Origin: Octopus vulgaris
Taxonomy: Eukaryota
NCBI GenBank assembly: GCA_951406725.2
Contig: OX597818.1
Location: forward strand, 83,452,001 to 83,516,000
Length of the DNA: 64,000 nt
Direction: 5' to 3'
Part shown: positions 13,446-29,207 of the stretch, in pieces
Numbering within the stretch: position 1 is the first letter of the stretch
Layout of the letters: each line of letters starts with the position of its first letter
Made by a program: the position numbers and the translations under genes
Notes under the pieces: generated by a model
Database searches by the model: none
What the model was told of the DNA's origin: nothing
The model's input: the letters and a program-made list of their open reading frames with translations, nothing else

Positions 13446-14760
13446 GAGTGAGGGAGCATCGCATGGCATCAAAGAGACACTGGGGTACGAAGCCTAATAT
13501 ATTCATCGTGACTTTACATCGTTTTTGTTGGACATGTTACGTCTGTCCTCATATTTTAGAGTCCCAGTGCTTATGATTGGATTTGATATTGCTGTGTGGT
13601 TACTATCTAGGTTTTCCTGAATTATTTCTCTTTTAAAGTGCTCTATTCCTATTTCGGTTTTTTTTTTTTTTTGCGAATATATTTCCTTTGTTGGTTATTT
13701 TATTAGGGTTCATTGCTATATCTAAATATTTATCTACGTTATTTTTCTTTCAGAATTTATATTCCTTTATTCTTTTATTCCTCTACTTCTTTCAGTCACG
13801 TAACTGCTGCCATCCTGGAGCACTGCATTTAGTCGAGCAAATCGACCCCAGGACTTGTTCTTTGTAAGCCTAGTACTTATTGTATCGGCTCCTTTTGCAG
13901 AACCGCTAGGTTAGGGGGACGTAAACACAATAGCCTTGGTTGTCAAGCGATGTTGGGGGACAAACACACGCACAAACATACACACACACGTACTCACGCA
14001 CACACACATACATATACAACGGACTTCTTTCAGATTCCGTTTACCAAATCCGCTTCCAAAGCTTTGGTCGGCCCGAAGCTATAGTAAAAGACACTTTCCC
14101 AAGGTTCCACGCAGTGGGACTGAACCCTAAACCCGGTGGGTGTTAAGCACAGCCACCCCTGCCCCTATGTATATAGATTGTTGCGTTTTCTCTTTTTGTG
14201 GGTAGAGCTCTGCTGTAAAATAAGCGTGTACGATTGAAATATTTTCCTCGAGTGTCCATTTATGTTTTTTCTTTGTTTTTAATTGCGGTACGTGAGAAAT
14301 AACGCCTGGCCCTTTATTTTGATAGTCATTGCTTTCGTAGGTTACCGGTTCGTTCATTTCTGGTGTTAAATGGCTTGGCACGTGTAGATTTTCGTATTTT
14401 TTGTGTAAGAAGTTTACAGCATTTATTTTTGTTTGTTATTCTTGGGTTGAATAATGCAGGTATTATCATTGTACAATATCTGTGTATGGTGGTTGGGGCT
14501 GGAAACAGTCTGATGCTGATTTAAACTGTAATGGAGGGAGCGTGTTTACACGTGTTGTGTGAGTAATGGAGATGGCACGCAGTTAAAGTACATAAATTCA
14601 TTCGGAAAATAGAAATAAATTGTAATGAGTATGACTTACTGGAATGTAGTCCAACACTTTATCAGTTATTTAGGTTCCATTTCTTATCTTCATTCTTGAT
14701 AATTTTGGATAGATTTTGGAGAGGTGTATCATTCTCACATGTTAAACGTCCTTGGTGTAT
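13445..14760 (-). mobile_element. R4/Dong-like non-LTR retrotransposon, N-terminal region, interrupted by SINE A
   Basis: ORF 14127-14381 KKKHKWTLEENISIVHAYF resembles the KWT.EEN N-terminal motif of R4-clade ORFs; 13445-13490 matches 15617-15660. Confidence 0.55.
13770..14164 (-). mobile_element. SINE family A
   Basis: Match to 149-547. Confidence 0.88.
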
Positions 14761-14769
14761 TCTTTACTA

Positions 14770-14807
14770 TTCTTCTTCTTCTTCTTCTTCTTCTTCTTCT
14801 TCTTCTT

Positions 14808-14879
<72 letters not shown>

Positions 14880-14922
14880 GTTATTGTTATTGTTGTTGTT
14901 GTTGTTGTTGTTATTATTATTA
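14770..14922. repeat. Compound (TTC)/(TTA)/(TTG) tract
   Basis: Direct reading. Confidence 0.95.
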
Positions 14923-15568
14923 TTCAGTAGTTTTAGTTTTATATCATGCTTTTACTTCACTACTGACCGTAGCTCTGTGTGCCTTGGGTATGTGCTGTGA
15001 ATTGTTGTGATGCTCTAATGGTTACTGTATCGGAAGTGTTTTGCGTAGGAAGAGTGCAGTGCCCAGTAGTGAAATTTTCTGTATGTTATATGTGTTTGTA
15101 AGTCCTGGTGTTTTTGTTATGTTTTTGTCTGAATATCTTTTTTTATCATGCCTAATGCGCCGACTATGATAGGAATTGTTTCTGTTTTTAGAATCCACAT
15201 TCCAGTTACCTCTGTTTCCAGGTCTTTGTATATTGAAAGTTTCTACATTTCTTTTAGAGACACGTTGTCATCTGCTGGTACTGATACATCAATTAAAAAG
15301 CATTATTTCTTCATGATCTCTGACAACTCTATCTGGCCTATTGACCTTAATTTGTCTATGTGTATTGGCATATCCAAGAGTATGGTTGCTTTCTCGTTTT
15401 CTGTGACGTTTTCTGGTGTGTGCCTATACCATCTTTTTCCTGTTGTTATTCCATAATATTGGCATAGCTTCCAGCGTATGTAGGTCCCAACTCTGTCGTG
15501 TCTGTGAATATATTCCTTCTTAGCCAAGACTGGGCAGCCAGAGATAATATGCTTTATTGTTTCTTGTC

Positions 15569-15570
<2 letters not shown>
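14923..15570 (-). mobile_element. 5'-truncated R4/Dong-like retrotransposon: zinc knuckle, restriction-like endonuclease and 3' UTR
   Basis: ETIKHIISGC knuckle, RHD, NRPD, FLIDVSVPAD, YKDLE, PIIVGALG motifs; stops and frameshifts; (TTA)n on both sides. Confidence 0.9.
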
Positions 15571-15616
<46 letters not shown>

Positions 15617-15617
<1 letters not shown>

Positions 15618-16123
15618 GAGTGAGAGAGCAGTGCATGCCATCAAAGTGACACTGGGGTAAAATATACAAAGCCCAATATACTCATCATGACTACCCGTCT
15701 GATAAGGTTACACCAGGCACATGCATCACAACCATAAACAGCACATAAACAGACCTTGCAGGTGGGGCCCAGTTATCTTCAGGTTGAGTAGCCCATCCCG
15801 CTCAAAAGGTCCCTGAATAAGGGTTGTTTAAGGATGTTGAAAGAACCACCCATGTTTCCAGAGCTGAATTATTCAAACCCCAAAGAATCCCTCTCAACAC
15901 ATGGCTATGATGCTCCCCCACTACTTCTGCTCGTGATCAGAGATGCACATATCGTCAGCCACTAAGGGACATGCTCAACTGGTTAAGGTCAAACAACTGA
16001 CAAGCAAATCTGTGATATTGAGCAGAATATTTGCTGTAGCCCATCTTTTATACCAAGACAAAACAATGTACATGATAACACTTCCAATCAGTTAAGATCA
16101 GAAGCCATGAGAGCCACTGCCTG
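15617..16123. mobile_element. Interspersed repeat between (TTA)n tracts, probably a UTR of a TAA-associated retroelement
   Basis: Begins GAGTGAGAGAGCAGTGCATGCCATCAAAGTGACACTGGGGTA, as at 13445; TTA tracts on both sides. Confidence 0.5.
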
Positions 16124-16191
16124 TATTATTATTATCATCATTATTATTATCATTATTATTATTATAATCATTATTATTATCATTATTATTA

Positions 16192-16270
<79 letters not shown>

Positions 16271-16272
16271 TT
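16124..16272. repeat. (TTA)n tract
   Basis: Direct reading. Confidence 0.95.
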
Positions 16273-16715
16273 ATTTGTTACTTTCAGACAAATTTTTACT
16301 ACATTCACCTGCTACCCCACCGTGTTGCTGGGGTGTGTGTAGCATTGTGAGGAAACTTTTCCCTGTATTGTATTGCATTAGTCTTTTATGGGGTGGTGCA
16401 GCCTTTTGTTTTATTAGTGTTTGTATTCTGTGTTGTCTATGTAATGCTATTTCATTGAATATTTGCTGTATCGATTGTCGTGTATTTTTGTGGAGTATTT
16501 TGCTCACGTTGTATTTTTGAATTGATATTGTCTTGCGCAGGACGTAGGCTGTTCCTTGCAAGGGTATTTTTGGATAATACGTAGCGTTGAAACCCAGGTG
16601 TAGTTTCTACGTATTTATTCATATTTTTTTATCGTGGCCAATGCTTCAATTATTACTGGAGTTGTCTTCCCCTTCATGCCCCAAATCTTCAATATTTCAA
16701 TTTCCAGGTCGTTAT
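16273..16715 (-). mobile_element. Second R4/Dong-like 3' end fragment, divergent family
   Basis: DLEIEILKIWGMKGKTTPVIIEALATIKK and QGTAYVLRKTISIQ parallel the 14923-15570 C-terminus. Confidence 0.8.
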
Positions 16716-17277
16716 TTAACATTATTATTGATATTATTATTATGACGACAGCACTGATGGGGGTGGTGATGATGATCCTCACAACGATGACACCGCTTCC
16801 GTCGATGTCATTTATGCTTCTGTTATTATTATCGTAGTAGTAATAGTAGTGGTAGTTGTTGTTGTTGTTGTTGTTCTTCTTCTTCTTCTTCTTCTTCTTC
16901 TTCTTCTTCTTCTTCTTCTTCTTCTTCTTCTTCTTCTTTTTTTTTCTTGGCAATGCTGGTGGTGTCACTCTAGAACCTATTCTCACGACAGTTTCGTTCA
17001 TTTTTGTGCTATCATTATTCTTGTATATGTTGTAAAATATTTCAATTCGTTGTCATGTTTCTTCGTGCCAAATCGTTTCCCATAATTTCCCGACAAGAAG
17101 GAAGCAGTGACGTGTGTGTTTGTGAAATAGGGGAAATATATTCTGAAATTTGATGACAAATATTCTTGAATTCTTTAGCAGATATCCATCGCTAGATGGT
17201 TACTCTATAAAAGAACTGCAGATGAGATGTGGAGATCTGACCATTTTTCTTGCCGCAATTATCTACAAATGTGGGGT

Positions 17278-17500
17278 TGAGTGGACTAATGGACAGGGTG
17301 CTGGACTCATGATCACAAGATTGTTGTTTCGATTCCTGGACGGCGCGACGCGTTGAGTTCTGCAGCAAAACACTTAATTTCACATTGCTCCAGTCTCCCC
17401 CGTTGGCAAAAATAAGTAATCCTGCGACGGACCGGCGTCAAGGTGGGAAATATACACAGGTCATGAAAACAGAGAGACCAACCCTTATGAGTTGTCATAA
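17278..17500 (+). mobile_element. SINE family D, degraded
   Basis: tRNA-like head with TTCGATTCC, then CACTTAATTTCACATTGCTCCAGTC shared with copies at 25392, 26940, 39875, 47405. Confidence 0.65.
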
Positions 17501-17679
17501 CTCGAGAAGAAATCTTTACCTTACCTAATTATTTACAAATATCTCTGCAGTCCCTGGGGATGTAGTAGAGGTGTGTGTATATGTATGAGTATCAGAGTAG
17601 GTATGTAAATGCACGGTTGAATTTATCGAGACTTTGTGCGCAAGTCAATGGTACTATAAAGTGGTATGTCAATTGTGTA

Positions 17680-18000
17680 TCCACGATGCAGTTGTTACAA
17701 CGTGTATAAGTTTGCTTTGCAACGACATGGTTTCGAGTTCAGTCCCATTCCGTGACACTGTGGACAAAGTTCTTTTCTTCTAGCTCCGAGTCGAGCCAGG
17801 CCTTTTCGGCGGATTTGGCACGTGGAAATAGTCTGGAAGTCCGTCGTGAATATGTGTGTGTGCGCGCGTGTGTTTGTGGGTGTGTATAGCTATGTGCCTT
17901 TGTGTTTGTTTTTGTACCTACACTTCATTCCAGAGAAATGCGTTGAGTTCTTTATCACCCCGTAACTTAGAATTTTCTCAAATTGGTAAAATATAAACCG
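17680..18000 (+). mobile_element. SINE family A, degraded
   Basis: CATGGTTTCGAGTTCAGTCCCA...GGATTTGGCA...CCGTCGT...CCCGTAACTTAG in plus orientation. Confidence 0.65.
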
Positions 18001-18151
18001 AATTTAACAAATAAGTTCAACAATTAATTTGTTAGACTGAAAATATCCGTACAACCTGGTGCCTGGGGCCATATCGTAGTCGCATACGATATATCTGTAT
18101 CTCTCTATCTATCTACCTATCTATATTTCTATCTATCTCTATATATATATT

Positions 18152-18670
<519 letters not shown>

Positions 18671-19243
18671 ATTTATGTATGTACAGTACATCAAGTACAG
18701 GACAACTTACCAAAATACATACAATAAGAACAGGACATAACCAACGAGTGAAAAATGCGTAAACACGAAAGGCCAGTACAGGACAAATTAGCAAAAGAAG
18801 TCTAACCCCTCATCAGTTATCGACTATTAATTAATACGTATTTCGAGCTTTCACCGACAATATAAAAAAACCTCGTAAGGAGCAGCTTCCAGAAAATTTT
18901 TTTGACTATAAAATATCTAGAGAGCTAGAGCTTCAAACGAACAAACAACGACAGGGTGGACGCACGGATTAAACAATCGATGAAAACAAACATTGAAAGG
19001 CCGTTAGGTCAAGATGCATTGTAATGGGTAACGCCTGGGATAAATTTTCAAAGGCTATAGAATAAATCCAAGCGAAGAAAAGTTTAAAAGAGACAAAAGG
19101 GAAAAAATGTAGGGAGGCGATAGAGAATTAGGCCGAGCTAGGTAGGCCTCGCATCGACAAAAGACAGAGGTGAGAAAAAATGGCCTGTAGTCACTTGGGA
19201 ACAATCAGGTAGAGAAGAAGGGAGGCAAGTATATATATATATG

Positions 19244-19293
<50 letters not shown>

Positions 19294-19313
19294 TGTGTGT
19301 ATGTACGTGTGTG

Positions 19314-19363
<50 letters not shown>

Positions 19364-19493
19364 TATACATCTATATATAAATATCTGTATCTATATATAT
19401 ATATATATATGTATATATATCTATGTATATGTGTGTGTCTATGTGTATTCACACACTCACACACACACACAAACACACACACATAAACACATA

Positions 19494-19547
<54 letters not shown>

Positions 19548-19931
19548 CATAACCTTAGTCATAACGTGCATGAAATGAGTCATAATATTCACTCCTGCCT
19601 AACTCCCTGAATATAGGCAGACATTAAATTTGCCATTCGCAAATACATACATACAAATGCATGCGCGCACTTCTCAATTGTTATCTCTGTTCTTTCCTTT
19701 TTTTTTTTGTTTGTCTGAATATAATTCTATCTATATTTTGGTCTATTTCCTATTTCACTTGAATGTTTTTCTCCCATTTCAATTTAAAAGGTAGAAAAAA
19801 AAATTGAATATGATAGAAAACAAAATTCAACAAAGCATTGACAAAGCTCAGGCGAAGCAGATACGGAATAAAAATGTATGTATGAAGCAACAGACGGAAG
19901 TTTAAGAAAAAAAATTAATACAAAGAAAGTG

Positions 19932-20333
<402 letters not shown>

Positions 20334-20761
20334 CTATCGCACTCCGACACGTCACCTATATTTATGCGAAAGATATGAAGTTATGAAGCAAAATAGCAAA
20401 AAACAATGGCATCGTTGTGAAGACGCATGAAGCGAATTAAACATGTTATACGAGTGGTATATGAAGTAGCATTTATGTTTCTATAGACGGGTAAATGCAG
20501 TCATAAGGAAATGCTTATATACATATCTATATGAGGAAATTCCAATAAATATCTATGTGCGTCCTCGCATGTGTTAGTGGGCGTGTGTCTGTGTGTATAC
20601 ATATCACTATATACATTGATATATATATACTTATGTCAGTTTCTATGCATTAGATATATATATATATATATATATATATGGATGAATCTATACGTATAAG
20701 TCTATTTTCCTCTCAATAATATATATATATGTGTGTGTGTGTACATACATAAGATATATAA

Positions 20762-20829
<68 letters not shown>

Positions 20830-21171
20830 GTATTAATGGAAAGAGAGGAAAAGAGAGAAAATATATTAATGGAGGTTATGTGTGTGCATTTACGTTTACA
20901 TGTTATTTCGTGTGTGTGTGTGTCTGTGTGTGTGTATGTGTGTGTATGTTATCATATGTATATGCATTTATTTATTAAATATGAAACGTATGTGTCTAAA
21001 ATTGAACAAATATACATATATATATATATACATATATATACATATATATATACATACATACATGCATGCATACATACATAGCTGTGATTAAATGATTAAT
21101 GTGTATGTATACACCGATAGTGGATTGGAGGAGGAGCAACTGTAAAAACAAGGGTATCCTAAGAAAAGAAT

Positions 21172-21229
<58 letters not shown>

Positions 21230-21533
21230 TATACATATATTACAGTATATCAGCTGCAATGAAAAAAAAAAAACGGGGTTACGAAGAGAAGAGAATGTGG
21301 CTAGAATAATACATGGGGGGAGGTGACGTCTGTTAGAGAAATTGATATGAAGGAAAACAGATAGATCCCAATGATAGATTATAAGGACTGAAATCTGTAG
21401 ATCTTTTATGTATGTTTGTACTTATGCATGTATGTATGTATGTATGTATGTATGTATGTATGTATGTATGTATGTATGTATGTATGTATGTATGTATGCA
21501 TGTATGCACATAAGTATGTGCGTATCTGCGTAT

Positions 21534-21573
<40 letters not shown>

Positions 21574-21836
21574 ATATATATATATATATATATATATGAG
21601 TGTGTGTGTATGTTGTGTGTAGGTGTGTGTTTGTGAGCATGCATATATGTACGTATTTATACGTTTATGCATACATATAAATGCATATACATATGGATAT
21701 ATGCGTATATGTTTACCAATACAAGCTATATATATTACTCTAACTCTCTGTTTCCATCCATCCATCCGTCCATCCATCTATCCATCCATCCATCTATCCA
21801 TCCATCCATCTATCATCTATCTCTCCCTCTCTTTGA

Positions 21837-21877
<41 letters not shown>

Positions 21878-22556
21878 GAATGCAGACACTTGTGTGAGTC
21901 TGTGTGTTTGTATATTTGCTTAATTCATATTTACATTATGCGTGTGTATATGTGTGTGTTTGTATGTGTATGTGTGCGCGCGTGCATATCTCACTGTCTG
22001 TGTATATGTTTGTGTGTGTGTCTTCTTGTTATGCGTTACTCTATCGATGTATCCTCTTAAAACTCTTGCGGACAAACGAAGGTTTTGCTCGAGATTTTAG
22101 CAAATTAGATAGATAAATATTTAGACAGAGAGATTGAGAGAGAGAGAGAGAGATGGGGGAGAGGTGAGAGAGTAAAAGTGAATAAGAGATAGAGAGAAAT
22201 AGAGTTAGAATGCGTGTTATATATAAAGATGGCGACGCTGACGCTTGAAAGAAGAGATAAATGCAAGGCGGAAGTGAATGTGATGCAAAAAGACCTAAAA
22301 TAAACTATATAAGAGACTTTAAAGACATAGATAGATAGATTGTCTAGTAGACATGAAACAGTGTCGGACATGTTTGAGATAGCTGCAATGAGGGATTAGG
22401 GAGCCATTAAAAATGTGTTTTTGAGTGGCGTAGCCGAGTGATAGAGATCGATGCGCTGAAGAACAGATATATTGATGATTCATTTATGTATAGTAAATGT
22501 GTAGATAGAGAGTTCGTTCGTTCGTTCATTCGTTCGTACGCTTGTTATTTAGATAT

Positions 22557-22649
<93 letters not shown>

Positions 22650-22881
22650 GTGAGAGAGGCATTTATATAGATAAAGTATTAGACACACACACATATATAT
22701 ATACACATAGTTATATGTATGCATATATATATGTGCGTATATTATCTATCTCTCTATATATATATGCATGTATATACATATATAGAGAGAGAATAGATAG
22801 ATAGAATAGATCTAAATAAATAGATAGGTATGTAGTTGTATAGACATATATACATACATATATATAGAGAGAGATAGACAA

Positions 22882-22958
<77 letters not shown>
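22557..22958. repeat. Two (GATA)n tracts (22557-22648, 22882-22958)
   Basis: Direct reading. Confidence 0.93.
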
Positions 22959-22959
<1 letters not shown>

Positions 22960-23407
22960 TGTTAGATAGGTCGTTAGGTAGGTCGGTAGTTAGCTGTACT
23001 CTAGTATGATCGCATCTTCCGAGTTGAAACTGGTTAAAGAGTTTAAAGACTTACAGGAAATATATTAAACCGAAATGAAGAATATGAAATATATTTCTAA
23101 TTGTAATTAAAGAAGATTTTCTCAAGTTGATGAGATTGATGTAGTTGTTTTTAAGGGTAGACATCAATCAAAACATATCTGAAAAAAAATACCGGAACCA
23201 TATGAGGGTTTGAAGGAACATGGATGCCAATCTCTGGGAAAAGATTTCAGTGTATGTAAAATATTATGAAGGGATTTGTTAGTGTAACTAGACAACCAGC
23301 AGAATCTTCAGAGATTTTGCACCAGCTGCAATACGACATAACTTTGATAAAGAAGAAAGAATGCATGTATGAATAATTGTTGAGATAATGATCGGTAATA
23401 TTTAAGA

Positions 23408-23610
23408 TGGCCAGTTGGCAGATTTGTTAGTATGTCAGGCAAAATGCTGAGCGACATTTCGTCTGTCTTTATGTTCTGAGTTAAAATTCTGCCGGAGTCG
23501 AAGTTTACTTCCATCCTTTCGGGGTCGATATCACTTCAGTACTGGGTTCGTTGTAATCGTTCCACTCCCTCTCCCAAACTTGCTGGGCTTCTGCCAAATT
23601 CTGAAAGCGA
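23408..23610 (+). mobile_element. SINE family B
   Basis: TTGGCAGATTTGTTAG...TTCTGAGTTAAAATTC...CATCCTTTCGGGGTCGATA. Confidence 0.8.
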
Positions 23611-25391
23611 TATCTAGGATGATTATTTGTGTAACAGTAAAATATCTCATGAACTTCCTTTAAACTGTTCGGTTATAATGACAGAAATCACAGACATCAC
23701 CTCGCAAACGGTGAGTTTTGCATCATTACTGTTGAGTATAAACCTTTCCTGCAGAAAACTGCAAAGAATTTGTTGGTGGAAAGGAATGCTAGAAAGAAGA
23801 TGCTCTATGAACAAAAGATTAAGCATAACGCTTTGAAGATCTGAAGGACAAGACATATTAAATCAATCAAAGGAGGCAACGAGGTGGATGCAGTGTGAAT
23901 GGAACAAATTAATTGTATAGACTCCTCATTCACGGGCATGCCAACAAAAAAGTTATGGAATGTCGACAGAAATTACCTTGAATTTTCATTGCGGCTGCCC
24001 TAACGGTAATCTATGTATCATGGGGCCCGTTTCGCGAAAATTATTGCTCATAACTAGTTTTTACTGATAGAAGAGGAAAGGCACCTATGTAATAATAGAG
24101 GCAGTTTGCTAGAGAAGGAACATGTACCAACCAGAACCAGACATGCTTTTTTTTATAGAAATGTTCTAATAGACATATATACATAGTCGTACTTGTTTAC
24201 GAGTGTAGATAAATATGTTCCAGTATGATTTTCATTGTGATTTGTAGTCATTCGAAGATAAGAATATTTCCTAGCTATAATGAATAAATACAATCATTGC
24301 TACTCGATTCTGGTATGTTATGAATATGTGATCGCCAGGAACGATTATGAAATATTGGTAAACTCTGTATTAATTCTGAGAGTTATAAGTGTATATTTGT
24401 ACGACGTTAGGCTTTATAATCGTACAAACATATTTTTATGATGTGCATAGTGATCGTGGTTTAATGGTGCTAAATATGATAAAATTGTGTTACATTTATT
24501 ATATGTTTCTGGGTTAGTTGTCCTAATTTGCAGTTTTTCTAGATTACATGTAGATCACGTTAATATATGGAAAGATTTTGAAGAATTGAAGAGTGGTATC
24601 GTTCGTAATGGAGTGTTGTGAGACTTGGTATGTCGTTGATGCCTTCCAGATTACAGCAAATTGTTGAGATTGTTGCTGTTGATTAGTTGCAGATCAGTAT
24701 TGATCTAGTAAATCTATTATAAAAGACATCCCAAGTCATCATCATCTGATAATTTTTTATTTATTTTGTATTTGCAGGCAAGGTGGAAGGACATTATCCA
24801 ATATATATTTCTAGTATGACTAACCATTTAGAGTTCACCAACTGGATTTTTAGGTGGTTGTATATCTTTAATAAAGTCGATCGTTAATGTCAACATTATT
24901 CGAATGTAGGCGTTAGAACAGCTTTGTAGAGATTATGCAACTGCTTAGAGCTGAATACTTTCAGGTTTTAAAGAGGATTACTAATCTCTATGATGCAAGT
25001 TTCGCAATGTTATATTGAAAATATATTAATGTAACATTTAAATATTTCTCATCGGAGTGGTTTATTGAAAATATTACGTTTTTTCTTGATCAGATAAAAT
25101 CAACATCTGTTGTACTGAGGAGTTATTCTACCACGTAGACAGGTCTCATCTTTGTCGAAAAGCCAAACTTTCTTTCTTGTCAGTTATAAAATAAATAAAA
25201 AAAATATACAAGAATTTACTCAAACAAAATCAGAACTTTCGCCCTATGTTTTAGATTGAAGATTAAAACAAATGATATTTCGAACGAAATTTATATAAAA
25301 TTAAGAACATAAATAAAATATTCAGCTGACATTCAAAGGCCAATGATTACATTCAGCATTTTATTTCACCATATTTCTGTCGAATGTAAAG

Positions 25392-25645
25392 GCACGTTGC
25401 TAAGTGGTTAGGGAAATCGGCTCACGACCTTAAGGTCTCGAGTTCAATTCCCGGAAACAAGTCTCCTAGTGCAAGACACATTATTTCACGTTGCTCCAAT
25501 CCAAGCACCTAGCCAAAATGAGTAGTTCTAGCATTTTCAAAGAGCCAGCCTTATCACATTCTGTGTCAGGCTGAAGCTCGCTGAAAACTACGTTTGTTTC
25601 ACGAGCAGGCTGTTCTGTCGATCACTTCAACTGGAACAGCCCATC
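25392..25645 (+). mobile_element. SINE, family D-like head and core
   Basis: GCTAAGTGGTTAGG A box, GAGTTCAATTCCC B box, CACATTATTTCACGTTGCTCCA core. Confidence 0.65.
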
Positions 25646-25653
25646 ATATATGT

Positions 25654-25691
<38 letters not shown>

Positions 25692-25792
25692 AATATATAC
25701 ACACATACATACAAAATATATATATATATATATATATACATATATACATATATATATATATTTATGTGTGTATATATATATATAAGTATACT

Positions 25793-25830
<38 letters not shown>

Positions 25831-25841
<11 letters not shown>

Positions 25842-26023
25842 ATTCGAGACAAAACCACTATTTAAAAAACCAAACAAGGAAAGACTTAATCAATACATAA
25901 AATTTTAATATAAATTATTTATTTTATTTAATTTATTTAATTTATATTAAAATTTTATGTATTGATTAAGTCTTTCCTTGTTTGGTTTTAAAATAGTGGT
26001 TTTGTCTCGAATTATATTATATA
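25831..26023. repeat. Near-perfect inverted repeat, about 86-bp arms with a 20-bp spacer
   Basis: 25831-25917 is the reverse complement of 25938-26023 apart from one substitution and one indel. Confidence 0.92.
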
Positions 26024-26099
26024 ATATTTTACTATAAATTGGATTTAACCCTAAATCTGATTTTTCCCTGTAATTTTGGATTCATTCCCTAATATTTAT

Positions 26100-26200
<101 letters not shown>

Positions 26201-26443
26201 TATAGGTATAGTTATGGCCAGTTCATAAGGTTATTCAGAGTTTCACGTCCATCAATCGCGTCGCTTTACATACACTGAAAGTATATATGCTTGTGTATTT
26301 GTGTATATGTGACTGATAATGTTTCATACAGTAACGCTGCTTCTATTTAATATTTAAATTTATTCTTACATATTTCCTGCCCGAGCGTACCAGTTCATTG
26401 TTTTCACACTATGTGCTTAGGATTCGTGGACAGACGATGTGAT

Positions 26444-26622
26444 TCATCTCCGACCCAGTTCGGGCACGTAATGTTGAAAAGCCATTAAAAATGGTGAAAC
26501 ATGGATATCCGTCACACCTGAATGGGAACTGGCGTGGATTATTTCACCCGTCCATGATTTCAGGTGCTTCAACACTCGGTATGTTGAGAGAGTATTCTCC
26601 AACACGCCGTATCGCAGCCTAT
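26444..26622 (-). CDS. Candidate terminal coding exon, unknown product
   Basis: Acceptor TGTACTTTCAG followed by 58 sense codons (RLRYGVLENTL...PELGRR) and a stop, in non-repetitive, higher-GC sequence; no homology recognised. Confidence 0.2.
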
Positions 26623-26939
26623 CTGAAAGTACAGTAACATTACACGAGGAAAAAGTAACATTTCAAGACTGGTATTGTTGTTGTTTACTTGCAATCCCTC
26701 TCGAGGTTGCTGGTCTTGGGACGATATTTGAAAGCAATATAATTATGAATTTTTGAATATATTCATGCATATACGTAAATATATGTATGTATTTACATAT
26801 ATTTATGCATATGCATATATAAACACAAATGTATAACTATATCGAGTGAGGGGTAAGCTGATTACATCGACCCCAAATGGTACTTATTATATCGACCTCA
26901 TATATGCGGATGTTTTTATGTATATATATACATGAAGGT

Positions 26940-27250
26940 GTAAGAACCAGTGGTTAGAGAATCGGGATTATAATCATTCGGCTGTGAATTCCATTCCGGA
27001 CAGGACTGTCCGCTGTATTATTCAGCACGGTATTTTATTTTACGTTGCTACAATTCAGTCAGCTGTAGAAATGATTTGCGACATCACTCGTGCCAAGCTG
27101 CATCGTCTTGTACTTTTCCATTGGACAACATCGGTACCTTGACGGACTGGCACGCAACAGGGGCGATGGCTGGTCTTCCTCCAACAATCCAGTTCAGAAG
27201 GGAACATTCTAGGTGCAATCCTATGGTCATTCCTGACCTAAACGGGTCTT
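26940..27250 (+). mobile_element. SINE family D
   Basis: Body is the reverse complement of 39875-40115 (CAGCTGTAGAA...CTAGGTGCAATCC.ATGGTCATTC). Confidence 0.8.
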
Positions 27251-27379
27251 GTGTGTGTATATATATATATACAGGGATGCACATATAAACAAACCGATAT
27301 ATACGCATTATTTATGAGTATATGATATAAATGCTTCGGTAGACATCCCCACACACACAAACACACACACACACACACC

Positions 27380-27415
<36 letters not shown>

Positions 27416-27628
27416 TATATATATATGTTATATATATATATATATGTATATATATGTTTATATATATATGCATGTATATCAATCATATGTAATATCGTAT
27501 TATGATAAGTAGATCTTACGTAGTATACAATATGAATTTGATAACATTCTTATTATGATGTTTATATGTGCAAATATACGGGTGTATTGGTGTGTGCTCA
27601 TGGAGATCTCTTTATGTGTGTCTATATA

Positions 27629-27679
<51 letters not shown>

Positions 27680-28068
27680 TTGTTTCTCTGTCTGTATGAA
27701 CATAATATGCGTATACGCGCACATCTTTGTCTATGAGAGTGTGTGTGTCTGTGTGTGTTAGTATGATCATATCAAATATTCTAACGTAATACAAGAATGG
27801 ATATCACATATGAGATAAACTTCATCAGAATAAGGATAAGAAAACAACTAAAACTAAATGTAGAGAAAATAAATCAGAAATGAAACACTAGGAAAAATTT
27901 CAATAGAAAATCAAATAATGAAGAAAATGGATTTTTTTTTCTTTACATGAGTCTTAAAAAATTATTCTAAAGCTGAAGAAAGTGAAATGAAATTCATACC
28001 CAAGATATATGAAAAAACTTCACTGCAAAATCATCTTAAAACTTTACAGATATGAAAAAAAATGAAAA

Positions 28069-28083
28069 ATGATGATGATGATG

Positions 28084-28165
<82 letters not shown>

Positions 28166-28171
28166 TAATAA
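28069..28171. repeat. (ATG)/(TAA)n tract
   Basis: Direct reading. Confidence 0.95.
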
Positions 28172-28304
28172 TTCAGGTTTTCTTGGTTGAGTTTATATTC
28201 TTCGTAACATTCTGATTCTGGGGAACTGCATTTATTTTGTAATGTTTTGTAAACTATTTTTATAAATTATAAAAGCAACATTTATAAACATTCATATATA
28301 CGTG

Positions 28305-28396
<92 letters not shown>

Positions 28397-28411
28397 GTAA
28401 ATATATGTATA

Positions 28412-28451
<40 letters not shown>

Positions 28452-28734
28452 TGTGTGTTTTGAATATGTTATTTGAGTTGCTCAAATAACTGTTTCGACT
28501 ACATTGTAATCTGGTAATTTTCATCCCCGATACATTTTCATGACTAATATTGGATTAGTTTTAAGTGAAATGAATCCGCACCCCATCCTCGCCACGCAAA
28601 TACACACCCACAAAATATAGCGAGACGTACATGAAGATAGATAGATAGATAGATAGATGAAGATAGATACATAGATAGATAGATAGATCTATCTATATAT
28701 AAATATATGATATATATATGAATATATATATACA

Positions 28735-28803
<69 letters not shown>

Positions 28804-29113
28804 CACGCATACAGACACACAAACACATATTCATATCTGATATCCGTGTACCTATCCGTCTATATATTTATCTATACATTATGCTTTATATGTATACTTA
28901 TTTAATAAATGGTGAAGAATAGACGTACTCCCAGACATAATCCAGTGGAGTAACAACATAAGCTAGGGAAAGTAATCCAGGGTTTATATATAATCCGATA
29001 AATAGGTATTCTGAGCTAATAATATTCTCTCTGGATGACTCTTGGACATTTGTACTTTTTGCATTCAAAGTATGCAAGCACAGGTATATGTATGCCTACG
29101 TCCAAACACACAA

Positions 29114-29116
<3 letters not shown>

Positions 29117-29173
<57 letters not shown>
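29117..29173. repeat. (CT)n tract
   Basis: Direct reading. Confidence 0.95.
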
Positions 29174-29186
<13 letters not shown>

Positions 29187-29207
29187 CACACACACAAACA
29201 TACACAC

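Noticed and set aside
18800-18856. Minus-strand GAAA...CUGAUGA as a permuted (type II) hammerhead
   Set aside because: Stem II and a palindromic stem III are possible, but stem I does not pair in register with a UH site; the related CTGATGA at 33113 has no partner GAAA helix.
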